Counted from the stretch's first letter, positions 8,007 through 18,570 are shown. The stretch: 64,000 bases of DNA from Smithella sp. (GCA_049517435.1 JBEKRZ010000009.1:29925-93924); one strand, 5' to 3'. Numbers and translations: made by a program. The notes: generated from the sequence alone by a model not told the origin.

Positions 8007-8891
8007 ATGAGACTAAATTTATTGCGAACGGCGCTGGTATTATTTATTTTATTTACAGCTTCCGGTGTTTGGGCGGAAAGCTCCGTGTGGGTGGCAAAAT
8101 CTTCCAAGGGCAATGTTTATCTTGCCGGGTCTTTCCATATACTGAGGGCGTCTGATTATCCTCTGCCTGCCGAATTCCTTACAGCTTATAAGGACTCCCG
8201 TAAAATTATATTTGAAGTCCCGCCTGGCGAAACGGAAAGTCCGGAATATATGGGAAAGTTTTTAAGCTTGGCAATTTACAATGACGGCACGACTCTTAAA
8301 GAGCATATTACAACCGCGGCTTACGCCAAAGCGGAAAACTTCTGTAAAGAACGGAATTATCCGCTGGAGCAATACCAATTTTTTAAGCCGACTTTTTTTG
8401 TGATGACGCTTACAGTATCGGAAATGAACAAAATCGGCGCCGACCCCCAGAAAGGGATTGATTATTTCTTCAAAGATAAAGCTATGCAGGATGGAAAAGC
8501 GACCGGAAGTTTGGAAACGATGGATCAACAACTCGCTCTTCTTACTTCAATGGACGCGAGCTTGGGAAGCGACCAAATTCTTGAATCTATCGAGGAACTC
8601 AAACAAATTGAAGTAATGCTGGGTGAACTTCTGGCTGTCTGGAGAAAAGGAGATGAGGCCAAAATGGAAGAACTCTACATTAAAGACCTAAAGCTTTATT
8701 CCAAATTATATCAGACCCTGATTGTTGATCGAAATAATAAATGGGTGAGGAATATCGAAAGCTACCTCAATGGTTCGGGAAACACCATGGTGGTCGTTGG
8801 TGCTGCTCATCTTATCGGCGTGGACGGTTTGGTTAATTTGCTGCGCAAACGCGGTTACAAAGTGGTTAAATCGCAAGGGGGAGGCCGATGA
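8007..8891 (+). CDS. TraB/GumN family protein, secreted
   Basis: The RBS is GAAGGAGA. A signal peptide is present (MRLNLLRTALVLFILFTASGVWA). The family-typical N-terminal LAGSFHIL and C-terminal VVVGAAHLIGVDGLVNLLRKRGYKV are both present. Confidence 0.7.
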   Translation: MRLNLLRTALVLFILFTASGVWAESSVWVAKSSKGNVYLAGSFHILRASDYPLPAEFLTAYKDSRKIIFEVPPGETESPEYMGKFLSLAIYNDGTTLKEHITTAAYAKAENFCKERNYPLEQYQFFKPTFFVMTLTVSEMNKIGADPQKGIDYFFKDKAMQDGKATGSLETMDQQLALLTSMDASLGSDQILESIEELKQIEVMLGELLAVWRKGDEAKMEELYIKDLKLYSKLYQTLIVDRNNKWVRNIESYLNGSGNTMVVVGAAHLIGVDGLVNLLRKRGYKVVKSQGGGR

Positions 8892-8976
8892 TTCAAGAAG
8901 AACCTGTAGGTAATTATCTAAATCGCCCTGTAAATTCTAGTTCAAAGTACGGCGTTTCTGATGATTTGCGTTGAAA

Positions 8977-9732
8977 TTATTTTTTCCAGGAGATGTTTTT
9001 GATTATGCCAAGAAATCCATCCGCTTTTAAGGATGCTCCGCCCACCAGTGCGCCGTCGATATCTTCCATAGCAATTAAGTCGCCGATATTGTCTTTGGTG
9101 ACGCTGCCGCCATAAAGTATACGAATGTTGTCAGACGTACTGCCGTACAAATCTTTTAATATGCCCCGGATAAATTGGTGAACTTCTTCGGCCTCAATGG
9201 GTGTGGCTACTTTGCCAGTTCCTATCGCCCAGACCGGTTCGTAAGCAATGACGACATTATCAATTTTTTCCACGCCGATTAATCCCTGTTTTACTTGCCT
9301 GTCGATCACTGACCGGGTAATCCCTTTTACTCTTTCTTCGTCGGTTTCTCCCACGCACATGATGGGCGTCAATCCCGCGGTCAATGCTTTCTTGACTTTC
9401 AAATTCACATCTTGATCTTGTTCGTGAAAATATTTCCGGCGCTCGGAATGGCCGATAATCACGTAGGCGCAGCCGATATCTTTGAGCATACCCGGTGATA
9501 TCTCTCCCGTGAATGCTCCCTTGTCTTCGTAATACATGTTTTGCGCGGCCAGAGATACATTCGAGCCCTTGATGGTTTCACCAACACTGAACAAGGCGGT
9601 AAAAGGCGGCGCTATAACGACTTCTCCATTTTTAATGACAGCCGCGCCTTCCTTGACAGCTTTGGCCAAGGCAATTGATTCGGCAATAGTGTTGTGCATT
9701 TTCCAGTTACCGGCAACAATCCATTCTCTCAT
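8977..9732 (-). CDS. tpiA: triose-phosphate isomerase
   Basis: MREWIVAGNWKMHN..., IIGHSERR and AYEPVWAIGTG are present. I place the start at the ATG at 9732 (RBS AGGGAG upstream). The track start at 9795 lies inside the repeat block. Confidence 0.9.
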   Translation of the reverse strand: MREWIVAGNWKMHNTIAESIALAKAVKEGAAVIKNGEVVIAPPFTALFSVGETIKGSNVSLAAQNMYYEDKGAFTGEISPGMLKDIGCAYVIIGHSERRKYFHEQDQDVNLKVKKALTAGLTPIMCVGETDEERVKGITRSVIDRQVKQGLIGVEKIDNVVIAYEPVWAIGTGKVATPIEAEEVHQFIRGILKDLYGSTSDNIRILYGGSVTKDNIGDLIAMEDIDGALVGGASLKADGFLGIIKNISWKK

Positions 9733-9754
9733 TTTTTTCTCCCTTATTGTGAAA

Positions 9755-10005
9755 CTCCAATTTAATGAGACCCAAGCTTCAGAAACAGAGTGCATAACCT
9801 AAAGGTCATCTGCGACTGAAGCTTGCAGGTCGTAGTGAGTCCCAAAGTTCAGAAGCGTAGCGCACTGAAATTTATTGGACGAACTATCAAATAGCCAAAG
9901 GCTATTTGAAATTATCCCACGTGCGAAGCTAAGTGGGACTATATATGAGACTCCAACTTCAAAAGTGCAGCTTGCTGCGAAATGTTTCCAAAGCTTGCTT
10001 TGGGT
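9755..10005. repeat. mosaic hairpin-repeat block filling the pgk-tpiA spacer (copy R3)
   Basis: It starts ACTCCAATTTAATGAGAC and ends TTCCAAAGCTTGCTTTGGGTT, the same termini as 33841-34083. It contains hairpins CAAGCTTCAG(9772-9781)/CTGAAGCTTG(9815-9824), 9845-9872 (loop AAGCGTAGCGCA), AAATAGCC-AAA-GGCTATTT (9901-9919) and TCCCAC...GTGGGA (9927-9950). Confidence 0.85.
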
Positions 10006-11193
10006 TTATACCCGTGATTTTTCCAGCGCGGCAATTCCGGGCAGGGTTTTTCCTTCCAGCAATTCCAGAAATGCGCCGCCGCCGGTGGAGATATAAGACA
10101 TCTTCGCGCTCTGACCGGCTTTATGAATGGCCGTATCCGTGTCACCGCCGCCGATAATTGAAAGCGCCCCGGAATTCGCTACGGCAACAGCCAGCGCAAA
10201 AGTTCCTTTGCTGAAAGGAGCAAGTTCAAACATGCCCAGAGGGCCGTTCCAGACGATAGTTTTAACACCTTGTAGAGCGTCGGAGAATAAAGAAATTGTT
10301 GCCGGTCCGATATCCAATCCTATCTCATCTTCAGGAATTTCTTTTATGCCGCAGACTTTTACTTCAGCATCAGCCGTTGGACTTTTGGCAATCACGGCAT
10401 CCACCGGCAATAAAAACTGCACATTTTTCTGCTTGGCTTTATCGGTAATCTTTCGCGCCAACTCCAGCATATCGGGCTCGCACAGCGATTTGCCGATGCC
10501 GTAACCCGCCGCTTTTAAGAAAGTGAAGGCCATGCCGCCGCCGACAATAAATTTATCCACTTTTTCGATGAGATTTTCCAGTACGCCGATTTTATCGGAA
10601 ACCTTTGCTCCGCCGATAATGGCGCAAAGCGGCCGCGCCGGATTTCCCATGGCCTTGTTAAAATATTCGATTTCATTTTTCAGCAGGAAACCAGCGGCGC
10701 ATGTTTTTACAAATTCCGTGATTGCCGAATTTGACGCAGCCGCTCTATGCGAAACGGCAAAGGCGTCATCAATATATATATCGCAAAGAGAGGCGAGTAT
10801 TTTGGCAAATTCCGGATCGTTTTTGTCTTCTCCCGGATAAAATCTCAGGTTTTCCAGAAGGACAATATCTCCGGCTTTCATGCTGTTGACGGTTTGAACG
10901 GCTTTTTCTCCCACACAATCATCGATAAATACTATATCTTTTTTCAGAAGGCCGGAAAGAATTTTCACTACCGGTTTAAGAGACATTTCATCAACTCTTT
11001 TGCCTTTCGGTCTGCCCAGATGAGAAGCGATAATTAATTTCGCTCCTTTTTCCAGCGCATAATTTATGGTTGGAATGTGCGCCCGCACACGTGTATCGTC
11101 TGTGACATTGCCAGACTTATCCATGGGTACATTGAAATCCACCCGCAGAAAAACTTTTTTATCCTTCATCTCTATTTGATCTATGTACTTCAT
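10006..11193 (-). CDS. pgk: phosphoglycerate kinase
   Basis: This 395-aa ORF has the typical PGK N-terminus (KVFLRVDFNVP, ASHLGRPKG) and C-terminal STGGGAFLE. Confidence 0.95.
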   Translation of the reverse strand: MKYIDQIEMKDKKVFLRVDFNVPMDKSGNVTDDTRVRAHIPTINYALEKGAKLIIASHLGRPKGKRVDEMSLKPVVKILSGLLKKDIVFIDDCVGEKAVQTVNSMKAGDIVLLENLRFYPGEDKNDPEFAKILASLCDIYIDDAFAVSHRAAASNSAITEFVKTCAAGFLLKNEIEYFNKAMGNPARPLCAIIGGAKVSDKIGVLENLIEKVDKFIVGGGMAFTFLKAAGYGIGKSLCEPDMLELARKITDKAKQKNVQFLLPVDAVIAKSPTADAEVKVCGIKEIPEDEIGLDIGPATISLFSDALQGVKTIVWNGPLGMFELAPFSKGTFALAVAVANSGALSIIGGGDTDTAIHKAGQSAKMSYISTGGGAFLELLEGKTLPGIAALEKSRV

Positions 11194-11212
11194 CTTCCCT
11201 TCTTTACCTTTT

Positions 11213-12211
11213 CTATTTCATTATAAAAGAGATTAGCTCCAGCATCCTGTTGGAAAAACCCCATTCATTGTCATACCAGGAGAGCACCTTGACCATCTTG
11301 CCGCCGATGACATATGTATTCGGCATATCAACGATGGAGGAGTGTTTGTTGTCATTGAAATCGCGGGAAACCAGTTCCTCTTCCGAACACATAAGAATCC
11401 CTTTCATGGCTCCTTTTGCATATTCTCTGAACTTGGCGTTAATTTCATCCCTGTTCGTACTCTTCGAGAGCGTTGCTACAAAATCGACGAGAGAAACATT
11501 AGGCACAGGCACACGGATAGCCAGTCCATCGAGTTTTCCCTTCATTTCCGGTATAACTTCCGCGATAGCCTTGGCGGCTCCGGTTGTGGTAGGTATCATG
11601 GAAAGGGCGGCGGCGCGGGCCCTTCTCAAATCCTTGTGCGGCTCATCCTGAACAACCTGATCGTTGGTATATGCATGAATTGTCGTCATCAGACCGTATT
11701 CAACGCCGAATTCCTCATGCAGTATTTTGACAATCGGCGCGAGGCAATTTGTGGTGCATGATCCCATGGAAATAATATTATGCTTGGTCTTGTCGTAATC
11801 CTCCTGATTGACACCGAGGACAAACGTGATATCCGGATTTTTAGCCGGAGCGGAAATGACGACTTTTTTTGCTCCCGCCTCAAGATGTTTTCCGGCGCCA
11901 GCCTTGTCCGTGAATCTGCCGGTGCTTTCCATGACAACATCGATATCCAGGTCTTTCCAGGGCAGGGTTTCCGGTTCCCTGATGGAGGATGTTTTAATTT
12001 CCTTGCCGTCCACGATTATGGAGTTATTTCCGACCTTTACTTCGGCATCCAGCGTTCCATGAGTTGAATCATATTTAAGCAGATGAGCCAGAGTTTTCGC
12101 ATCGGCAAGATCATTAACTGCCACGAATTCCACATCTTTGTTTTTGTATCCGGCTCTAAACACAAGCCGGCCAATTCTTCCAAATCCGTTAATAGCAATT
12201 TTTACTGGCAT
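11213..12211 (-). CDS. gap: glyceraldehyde-3-phosphate dehydrogenase (canonical type I)
   Basis: INGFGRIGR, SCTTNCLAP and WYDNEWGFS are present. The RBS is AAGGAGG. It is the first gene of a gap-pgk-tpiA arrangement on the minus strand. Confidence 0.95.
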   Translation of the reverse strand: MPVKIAINGFGRIGRLVFRAGYKNKDVEFVAVNDLADAKTLAHLLKYDSTHGTLDAEVKVGNNSIIVDGKEIKTSSIREPETLPWKDLDIDVVMESTGRFTDKAGAGKHLEAGAKKVVISAPAKNPDITFVLGVNQEDYDKTKHNIISMGSCTTNCLAPIVKILHEEFGVEYGLMTTIHAYTNDQVVQDEPHKDLRRARAAALSMIPTTTGAAKAIAEVIPEMKGKLDGLAIRVPVPNVSLVDFVATLSKSTNRDEINAKFREYAKGAMKGILMCSEEELVSRDFNDNKHSSIVDMPNTYVIGGKMVKVLSWYDNEWGFSNRMLELISFIMK

Positions 12212-12281
12212 ATCAACCTCCTTATCTGTTAAATATTTCTAATCAAAAGAGGTTTTTTTGTCAACCTGTTTTGTCGTCCTG

Positions 12282-12532
12282 ATACCAATCCGCTTGCAAG
12301 TTGCCACCTTGCCGGTAAACAATTCTACCGATAAATCAACAATCATGGTGAATGAAATATTCTGATGATTTGCGATGGAAATAATTGATCTGCCGCTCTT
12401 GGATAATTTGACTAACGCTTTAATGAGCCTTGATTTTCCGAAACGTAGTGCTCGGAAAATCTTAGAGCGAATTATCCCGCCACCTTCAGGTGGCAGGGAC
12501 AAACTTCACTTCGTTTCTGAAGATTGGATCTC
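12282..12532. repeat. composite repeat block (copy R4) with a truncated MITE-like 5' end plus hairpin modules
   Basis: ATACCAATCCGCTTGCAAGTTGCCACC...TTGCCGGTAA (12282-) matches the start of the 7657 element. The hairpin 12432-12461 has loop AACGTAGTGC. GAATTATCCCGCCACCTTCAGGTGGCAGGGA follows, then a truncated ...CTTCGTTTCTGAAG...CTCATTAA end. Confidence 0.7.
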
Positions 12533-12533
12533 A

Positions 12534-12572
12534 TTAAAAAACCCCGGGAGGTTACCCGCCCTCCCGGGGTTT
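12534..12572 (-). terminator. rho-independent terminator of the porin gene
   Basis: On the minus strand, CCCCGGGAGG / CCTCCCGGGG forms a 10-bp GC stem that is followed by TTTTTT. It lies 45 nt after the stop at 12617. Confidence 0.7.
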
Positions 12573-12616
12573 AGTCTAAAGGTTAAACCCGGCATACGCC
12601 GGGGCAAGCCACTCTC

Positions 12617-14065
12617 TTAGAAGCTGAGAGTAAGTTTGTTGATGAGGATGAAATCATCAGAAACTTGGTTAAGGCCACCAGAATTTACACCCTTGAAGTA
12701 ATCACCGGTGAAGAGATAACCGGCACCCAGCATATAGGACAGGTTGTTGGTGATCTTATATGTGCCGGTAAGATCAACTTCTGTACCATAAGTGTTGCCG
12801 ACATAATTAAGAGGTTTCTGGTCGGCCGTCGCGTACGCAAGAGACATCATGATGTCCCACTGCGGAGTGGGTTTCACACCAACTTTGCCTTGGAAAAACC
12901 AGGCATTGGACATCTGATTGTCGATGGCGCCAGCGGCATCGGTTCCGACCGGACCTGCCCAATAGCCCATTGTTTCGGTGTTGAACATAATCAAGCAGGG
13001 ATTCCAATCCGCACCGCCGGTATTAATGCCGCCTTCGATTGTGCCGCCCGTGCCGTTTACATTGCTTGAATCGGGTTTGTCACCGGAGAGGTAAGCAAAA
13101 GTACCGCCCACGTAAGCCGGCCCTAAATTAACAGTGGCGTCAACGAAAACGCTCAGAGCGTTGATAGTAATATTACCGCCGACTAAAGCACTGTTAAACG
13201 GACTTCCATAACGAGTACCCTCCCATTTCCTTGCATCGCCAAAATAATACAACGCTTCCGCCTGCAGAGCCACAGGTCCGATCTTGGCTTTAACAAAAGG
13301 GTCTAAGGCATAAACGTTTGTCAGGTAAGGACCATTATAAGAACCCCTATTGGTCGCGTCACGGTCATAAAGGAAAAGAAGACCGGCTTCGCCATGTACA
13401 TTGTTGCCCTTGAAATTATAAATACCGGCTACGCGGTAAGAATCATAATCTCTATCGGTTACGATTGAATTGTACCAGACACCATTGCTCCAGGAATTAT
13501 AGGTGACAGAGCTGTAGCTGCTGTCCACTCTTTTGGCATAACCGAGGAAACCGGTAAATGGTCCGCTCTGAATAAAATACTGAATCTGGCCGTCATAGAG
13601 CATGTTTCCCTGATCAGCAAAAGATGTTCCGAATACGTAATCCGGCAGATAACCGACTTTGAAAAGACCGATAGGTGAAGTGTACTCAAGATAGACCTGG
13701 TTGAAAACGATGTTTTCACTTTCTGCTCTTGTTCCTGCAGAGAAGTTAGTCTCATCTGCCTGGTTTGATTGCCAAGTATTGGACCTGGCACCGCCCCAGA
13801 TTCTTTCCATAGCGTCAAAACTGGTGACCAGTTTCAGGCAGGGAGATACAATAAAATCCGTCCCCACGCGCAGTCTCTGATAGAAGAAAGCTGAGCTTAT
13901 ATTTGCATGAGACTCGTATGGATTAGCTTTCATTAAATCAACTTTATCTACATACAAACCGCCGACGAAATACTCGCCGCTAACTTTAACGTCAACCGCA
14001 AAGGCTGACACACTGAAGGCCATGACCAGCCCCAGTGACAACAAAATTAACCAAAATCTCTTCAT
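12617..14065 (-). CDS. outer-membrane beta-barrel porin
   Basis: A signal peptide is present (MKRFWLILLSLGLVMAFSVSAFA). The composition is rich in alternating Gly, Tyr and aromatic residues, and the C-terminus is ...KLTLSF with a terminal Phe. Confidence 0.75.
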   Translation of the reverse strand: MKRFWLILLSLGLVMAFSVSAFAVDVKVSGEYFVGGLYVDKVDLMKANPYESHANISSAFFYQRLRVGTDFIVSPCLKLVTSFDAMERIWGGARSNTWQSNQADETNFSAGTRAESENIVFNQVYLEYTSPIGLFKVGYLPDYVFGTSFADQGNMLYDGQIQYFIQSGPFTGFLGYAKRVDSSYSSVTYNSWSNGVWYNSIVTDRDYDSYRVAGIYNFKGNNVHGEAGLLFLYDRDATNRGSYNGPYLTNVYALDPFVKAKIGPVALQAEALYYFGDARKWEGTRYGSPFNSALVGGNITINALSVFVDATVNLGPAYVGGTFAYLSGDKPDSSNVNGTGGTIEGGINTGGADWNPCLIMFNTETMGYWAGPVGTDAAGAIDNQMSNAWFFQGKVGVKPTPQWDIMMSLAYATADQKPLNYVGNTYGTEVDLTGTYKITNNLSYMLGAGYLFTGDYFKGVNSGGLNQVSDDFILINKLTLSF

Positions 14066-14692
14066 TTTATTTCCTCCATGATAAAGAGTTAATAATTTCC
14101 GCCTTCAGAAAACGGGTATTTTCTAAAAGCGACTCCAAACACACTGATATTTCGCACTGCACAGGAATTGTTTTCTGTGAAAAACGTGCAAAATATATTT
14201 AGTTAAGAATAACATCAGTTAAAAAGCTTGTCAAGATAATTGTGAACCTTCTGTAAGATGTAATAATGCCGGTAAATAACGGCAATATCTCACGAACCAA
14301 TTGCAAAACTCGCTGGATATCATTCCCGCGAAGAGATTGTGTTGTATAGCAAAAAACGTCATTTTATATCCTCCGCTGGCGCAAAATCAGGGCTAATTTT
14401 TGAGTTTGAGGGGGACACACAAAGATTTAATGGTGGAACAAGTGATAATTTAAAGCTCTCCATTCCGGGGAAAAATTAAGATACACGGTATTTTTAAATA
14501 TTTCTTGACATCAAAGCGATCTTAGGATAGGGGAATTGCAAAGCAGATGTGACTTGCGGTCAAGATATGACTTTTGTTCAGAAAACACCATATATATAAT
14601 TAGTTATGGTAATTGTGTTGTCAGTATTAATACGTTAGAAAAGCGTTTAAAATCATAAAAAAATTTTAAAATTAGGGAGGTAGAAGTTAATC

Positions 14693-16666
14693 ATGGCTGA
14701 TGCAAAAAAAGTTCAATTAAAGGATATCTATCCGGTTCCGGAAAAGATAAAAAAGATGGCCTACATAAGCGGCAGAAAAGCTTATGATGAGTTGTGGAAA
14801 AAATCGGTCGAGAAGCCGGAAGAGTTCTGGGCGGAAATAGCCGGACAGTATGTGGAATGGTTCAAGAAGTGGGACAAAGTAATGGATTACAACTTTGACA
14901 TTAAGAAGGGTCCCATCTACGTTAAGTTCTTCGAAGGCGGTAAGCTGAATGTTTCTTATAACTGCCTCGATAAAAACTTGAAAACCCGCGGCAATAAGGT
15001 TGCCATTCAGTGGGAAGGCAATGAGCCCGGTGAACAAAAGTCATTTACCTATAAGATGCTGCACGAAGAAGTCTGCAAGTTCGCCAACGTTCTGAAAGCC
15101 AACGGTATTAAGAAGGGCGACCGCGTAGTTCTTTATATGCCGATGGTTCCCGAACTGGCAATCGCGATGCTGGCCTGTACCCGCATCGGCGCCATTCATG
15201 GTATAGTTTTCGGCGGTTTCAGCGCCGACGCTTTAAGAGACAGAATTGTCAATTGCGATGCGAAATTACTGGTTGTTTGTGACGGAACTTTCCGCGGAGC
15301 CAAAGCAGTTCCCCAAAAAGCGACCGCCGATGACGCATTAAAATCATGTCCGTCTGTTAAGACAGTAATCGTTGTCAACAGAGTTGGTGATAAAATTAAA
15401 TGTGAATTGACTGCCGGCCGTGACAAATGGTGGCATGAAGAAATGGCTAAGGTTGATGCCAAGTGCGAACCGGAATGGATGGATGCTGAAGATCCTCTGT
15501 TTATCCTTTATACATCCGGCTCCACCGGACAGCCTAAAGGCGTTATGCACACTACCGGCGGTTATCTGGTTTATGTGTCCTACACGCATAAAATAATTTT
15601 CGATTATCATGAAGATGATATTTTCTGGTGCACAGCCGACATCGGTTGGGTAACCGGTCACAGCTATATTGTTTACGGGCCTCTCTGCAACGGCGCGACA
15701 TCCGTAATGTTTGAAGGCGTTCCCAATTATCCGACCTACAGCCGCTTCTGGCAGACCGTCGAGAAATACAAGGTTAACATTTTCTATACCGCTCCAACAG
15801 CTATCCGCGCGATTGCTAAAGAAGGCGACGACTTTGTAAAGAAAGCCGATATCTCTTCTCTGCGTATTCTGGGAACCGTCGGTGAGCCGATAAACCCCGA
15901 AGCCTGGAACTGGTATTATAATGTTATCGGCCGCGGCGAATGCCCCATCGTGGATACCTGGTGGCAGACTGAAACAGGCGGTATTTTGATTACTCCGCTG
16001 CCCGGCGCTATTGATATCAAACCCGGTATGGCTACCCTGCCTTTCTTCGGCGTGCAGCCCGTTCTTGTAGATGATGAAGGAAAAGAATTTACCGATACAG
16101 TGGCCAGCGGCGCACTGTGTATCAAGGTACCATGGCCCGGCATTATGAGAGGCGTATATGGCGATCCCAAGAGATTCCAGGAAACCTATTTCGAACAGTT
16201 CCCCGGCTACTATGTGACCGGTGACGGCTGCCGCCGCGATAAAGACGGTTATTATCAGATTACCGGCCGTATCGACGACGTTATCAATGTTTCCGGTCAC
16301 CGCATGGGAACAGCAGAAGTTGAAAGCGCTCTGGTTGCTCATAAGAGCGTTGCCGAAGCAGCAGTTGTCGGTATGCCGCATGACATCAAGGGTCAGGGCA
16401 TTTACGCTTACGTAACCTTGAAGACCGGCGTGGAAAAAACGGATGCATTGAAGAAGGAATTAATCGCTCATGTCCGCACAGTCATTGGGCCCATTGCTGC
16501 CCCCGATAAGATTCAGTGGGCCGATGGTCTTCCCAAAACACGCAGCGGCAAGATCATGAGAAGAATTTTGAAAAAGGTCGCAGCCAATCTGCTCAACGAA
16601 CTGGGTGATACCAGCACGCTGGCCGATCCGTCGGTTGTTGACGATATCGTAAAAAACAAGCAGTAA
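14693..16666 (+). CDS. acs: acetyl-CoA synthetase (AMP-forming)
   Basis: This 657-aa ORF has [40 protein letters not shown] and [10 protein letters not shown]. The RBS is GGGAGG. Confidence 0.95.
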   Translation: MADAKKVQLKDIYPVPEKIKKMAYISGRKAYDELWKKSVEKPEEFWAEIAGQYVEWFKKWDKVMDYNFDIKKGPIYVKFFEGGKLNVSYNCLDKNLKTRGNKVAIQWEGNEPGEQKSFTYKMLHEEVCKFANVLKANGIKKGDRVVLYMPMVPELAIAMLACTRIGAIHGIVFGGFSADALRDRIVNCDAKLLVVCDGTFRGAKAVPQKATADDALKSCPSVKTVIVVNRVGDKIKCELTAGRDKWWHEEMAKVDAKCEPEWMDAEDPLFILYTSGSTGQPKGVMHTTGGYLVYVSYTHKIIFDYHEDDIFWCTADIGWVTGHSYIVYGPLCNGATSVMFEGVPNYPTYSRFWQTVEKYKVNIFYTAPTAIRAIAKEGDDFVKKADISSLRILGTVGEPINPEAWNWYYNVIGRGECPIVDTWWQTETGGILITPLPGAIDIKPGMATLPFFGVQPVLVDDEGKEFTDTVASGALCIKVPWPGIMRGVYGDPKRFQETYFEQFPGYYVTGDGCRRDKDGYYQITGRIDDVINVSGHRMGTAEVESALVAHKSVAEAAVVGMPHDIKGQGIYAYVTLKTGVEKTDALKKELIAHVRTVIGPIAAPDKIQWADGLPKTRSGKIMRRILKKVAANLLNELGDTSTLADPSVVDDIVKNKQ

Positions 16667-16670
16667 AATA

Positions 16671-16708
16671 AAGTCCGATTCTCATTAAAAGGGAATCGGA
16701 CTTTTTTA
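16671..16708 (+). terminator. rho-independent terminator after acs
   Basis: AAGTCCGATTC ... GAATCGGACTT forms an 11-bp stem followed by a T-run. Confidence 0.8.
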
Positions 16709-16788
16709 TAAAACCTACAAAGAAAAAATAAAAATGCAAGTCTATCTTTTTCCGAAGAATGACATGCAGAAGAAGGAGGTTGGACAAA

Positions 16789-17559
16789 GTGAACATTATC
16801 GCATGTGTAAAACAAGTACCGGATACGGAAGCCCAGATCAAGGTCAAAGCTGACGGATCAGGGATAGAAGATGGCCAGATCAAGTGGGTCATGAATCCTT
16901 ATGACGAGTACGGTGTGGAAGAAGCTCTGAAATTGAAAGAGAAAAACGGCGGGGACGTAACAATTGTTTCCGTAGGACCGGCGCGGGCAATGGAAACAAT
17001 CAGAACGGCTCTGGCGATGGGCGCGGATAAAGGCATTCATATCTGTGATCCCGCTCTGGATAACGCCGACGCTTTTGTCACGGCGTCAGCTTTAGCTGCC
17101 GCTATTAAAGGATTGCCCCATGACATTATTTTCTGCGGACAGCGCGCCATTGACGATGACTCCGGCCAGGTCGGAGCAATGCTGGCCGAGCTTCTGGGAA
17201 TCCCCCAGCTGACTCTGGTCACCAAACTCGATTACGCCGGATCTTCCGTGAAAGTAATCCGGCCGATTGAAGGAGCACAGCTCTCAATAGAAACCAGCTT
17301 ACCCTGCGTAGTAACGGCGCAAAAAGGTCTCAACGAACCCCGCTACGCGTCGCTTCCCGGAATTATGAAAGCCAAGAAGAAACCAGTGGACGTGAAAAAT
17401 GCGGCGGCTTTGGGAATTGCCACAGATGTGAAAGCCAAAGTAGCCAAAGTAGTTCCGCCTCCCGCCAGAGCGGCAGGGAAAATAATCTGCGGTGATGATG
17501 CAGCGCAGAAGGCGGCGGAATTGGCCCGGTGTCTCAGGGAAGAAGCTAAAGTTATTTAA
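16789..17559 (+). CDS. etfB: electron transfer flavoprotein, beta subunit
   Basis: VNIIACVKQVPD... is the usual EtfB N-terminus. I prefer the GTG start at 16789, with AGGAGG 9 nt upstream. The track ATG at 16759 would add 10 atypical residues. Confidence 0.9.
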   Translation: MNIIACVKQVPDTEAQIKVKADGSGIEDGQIKWVMNPYDEYGVEEALKLKEKNGGDVTIVSVGPARAMETIRTALAMGADKGIHICDPALDNADAFVTASALAAAIKGLPHDIIFCGQRAIDDDSGQVGAMLAELLGIPQLTLVTKLDYAGSSVKVIRPIEGAQLSIETSLPCVVTAQKGLNEPRYASLPGIMKAKKKPVDVKNAAALGIATDVKAKVAKVVPPPARAAGKIICGDDAAQKAAELARCLREEAKVI

Positions 17560-17582
17560 TTTAAAAGCGGAGGAATTGAAAA

Positions 17583-18554
17583 ATGGCAAAAGGAGTATTT
17601 GTAATTGCGGAACAGAGAGACGGCGCCCTGCGTAAAGTAAGTTTTGAGCTTGCTTCCGCAGCCAAAAAACTGGCTGATCAGACAGGAGATGAAGTCAGCG
17701 CCATTCTGCTTGGTTCAGGTATAGAAGGTTTGGCTGCCGAATTGGGTAAATTCGGTGTGGATAAAGTTTTTGTCGGCGACAATGCGGCTTTGGAACCATA
17801 CGTTACCGAAGCGCACGCTCAGGTCGTTGCCAAAATATTAAAAGATAATGATGCGGCAATCGCACTGTTTGGTGCGTCAGTTCAGGGCAAAGATCTTTCC
17901 GCTCGCGTGGCCGCTAAACTGGCTGGTGGTCTGGCCACGGACTGCACGGATGTGAAGATTGACGGAGGCAAACTGGTTGCCACCCGTCCTATGTACGCCG
18001 GCAAGTGCTTCGGCGAAGTGGTATTCAACAGCACCCCGGCAATGGCATCGCTTCGTCCCAACGTGTTTGCGGCTGTGGAAAACGCCAAAGCCGGCGCGGT
18101 AACAAAAGTGGATGTGACTGTTGACGGTATCAAGAGCAAGGTTCTGGAAGTACAGAAAGATACCAGTGGCAAGGTTGACTTGACCGAAGCCAACATCATT
18201 GTTTCCGGCGGACGCGGCATGAAGGGTCCGGATGAATACAAGATTCTGGAAGAGCTGGCTGACGTGCTCAAAGGCACGGTCGGTGCTTCCCGCGCAGCGG
18301 TTGATGCCGGATGGCGTCCACAGAAAGATCAGGTCGGACAGACCGGAAAAGTTGTGTCTCCGAATCTGTATATCGCCTGTGGTATTTCCGGAGCGATTCA
18401 GCATCTGGCCGGCATGAGCTCGTCTAAATGCATCGTGGCCATTAATAAGGATGCGGAAGCTCCCATCTTTACGAAAGCCGATTTTGGTGTAGTGGATGAT
18501 CTTTTCAAGGTCGTTCCCGAATTGACCAATGCCTGCAAAAAGTTGATGGCTTAA
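17583..18554 (+). CDS. etfA: electron transfer flavoprotein, alpha subunit
   Basis: This 323-aa ORF has the FAD-binding C-terminal region (VSGGRGM, LYIACGISGAIQHLAGM). Confidence 0.9.
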   Translation: MAKGVFVIAEQRDGALRKVSFELASAAKKLADQTGDEVSAILLGSGIEGLAAELGKFGVDKVFVGDNAALEPYVTEAHAQVVAKILKDNDAAIALFGASVQGKDLSARVAAKLAGGLATDCTDVKIDGGKLVATRPMYAGKCFGEVVFNSTPAMASLRPNVFAAVENAKAGAVTKVDVTVDGIKSKVLEVQKDTSGKVDLTEANIIVSGGRGMKGPDEYKILEELADVLKGTVGASRAAVDAGWRPQKDQVGQTGKVVSPNLYIACGISGAIQHLAGMSSSKCIVAINKDAEAPIFTKADFGVVDDLFKVVPELTNACKKLMA

Positions 18555-18570
18555 AAATTTATTTTTAAAA

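Noticed and set aside
9875-10157. Small ORFs in and next to the pgk-tpiA spacer
   Set aside because: They lie in repeat sequence or antisense to the pgk 3' end, so they are not credible genes.
14066-14692. 627-bp AT-rich region between the porin gene and acs, as a possible riboswitch or sRNA locus
   Set aside because: I found a TTGACA (14505-14510) but no well-spaced -10 box, no convincing conserved hairpins and no repeat-family modules. It is probably just two divergent promoter regions. I cannot support a specific feature.
15344-16381. 345-aa ORF antisense to acs
   Set aside because: It lies entirely within the well-supported acs coding region on the opposite strand. It has no RBS and a low-complexity composition. 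It is the typical shadow ORF of a codon-biased gene.
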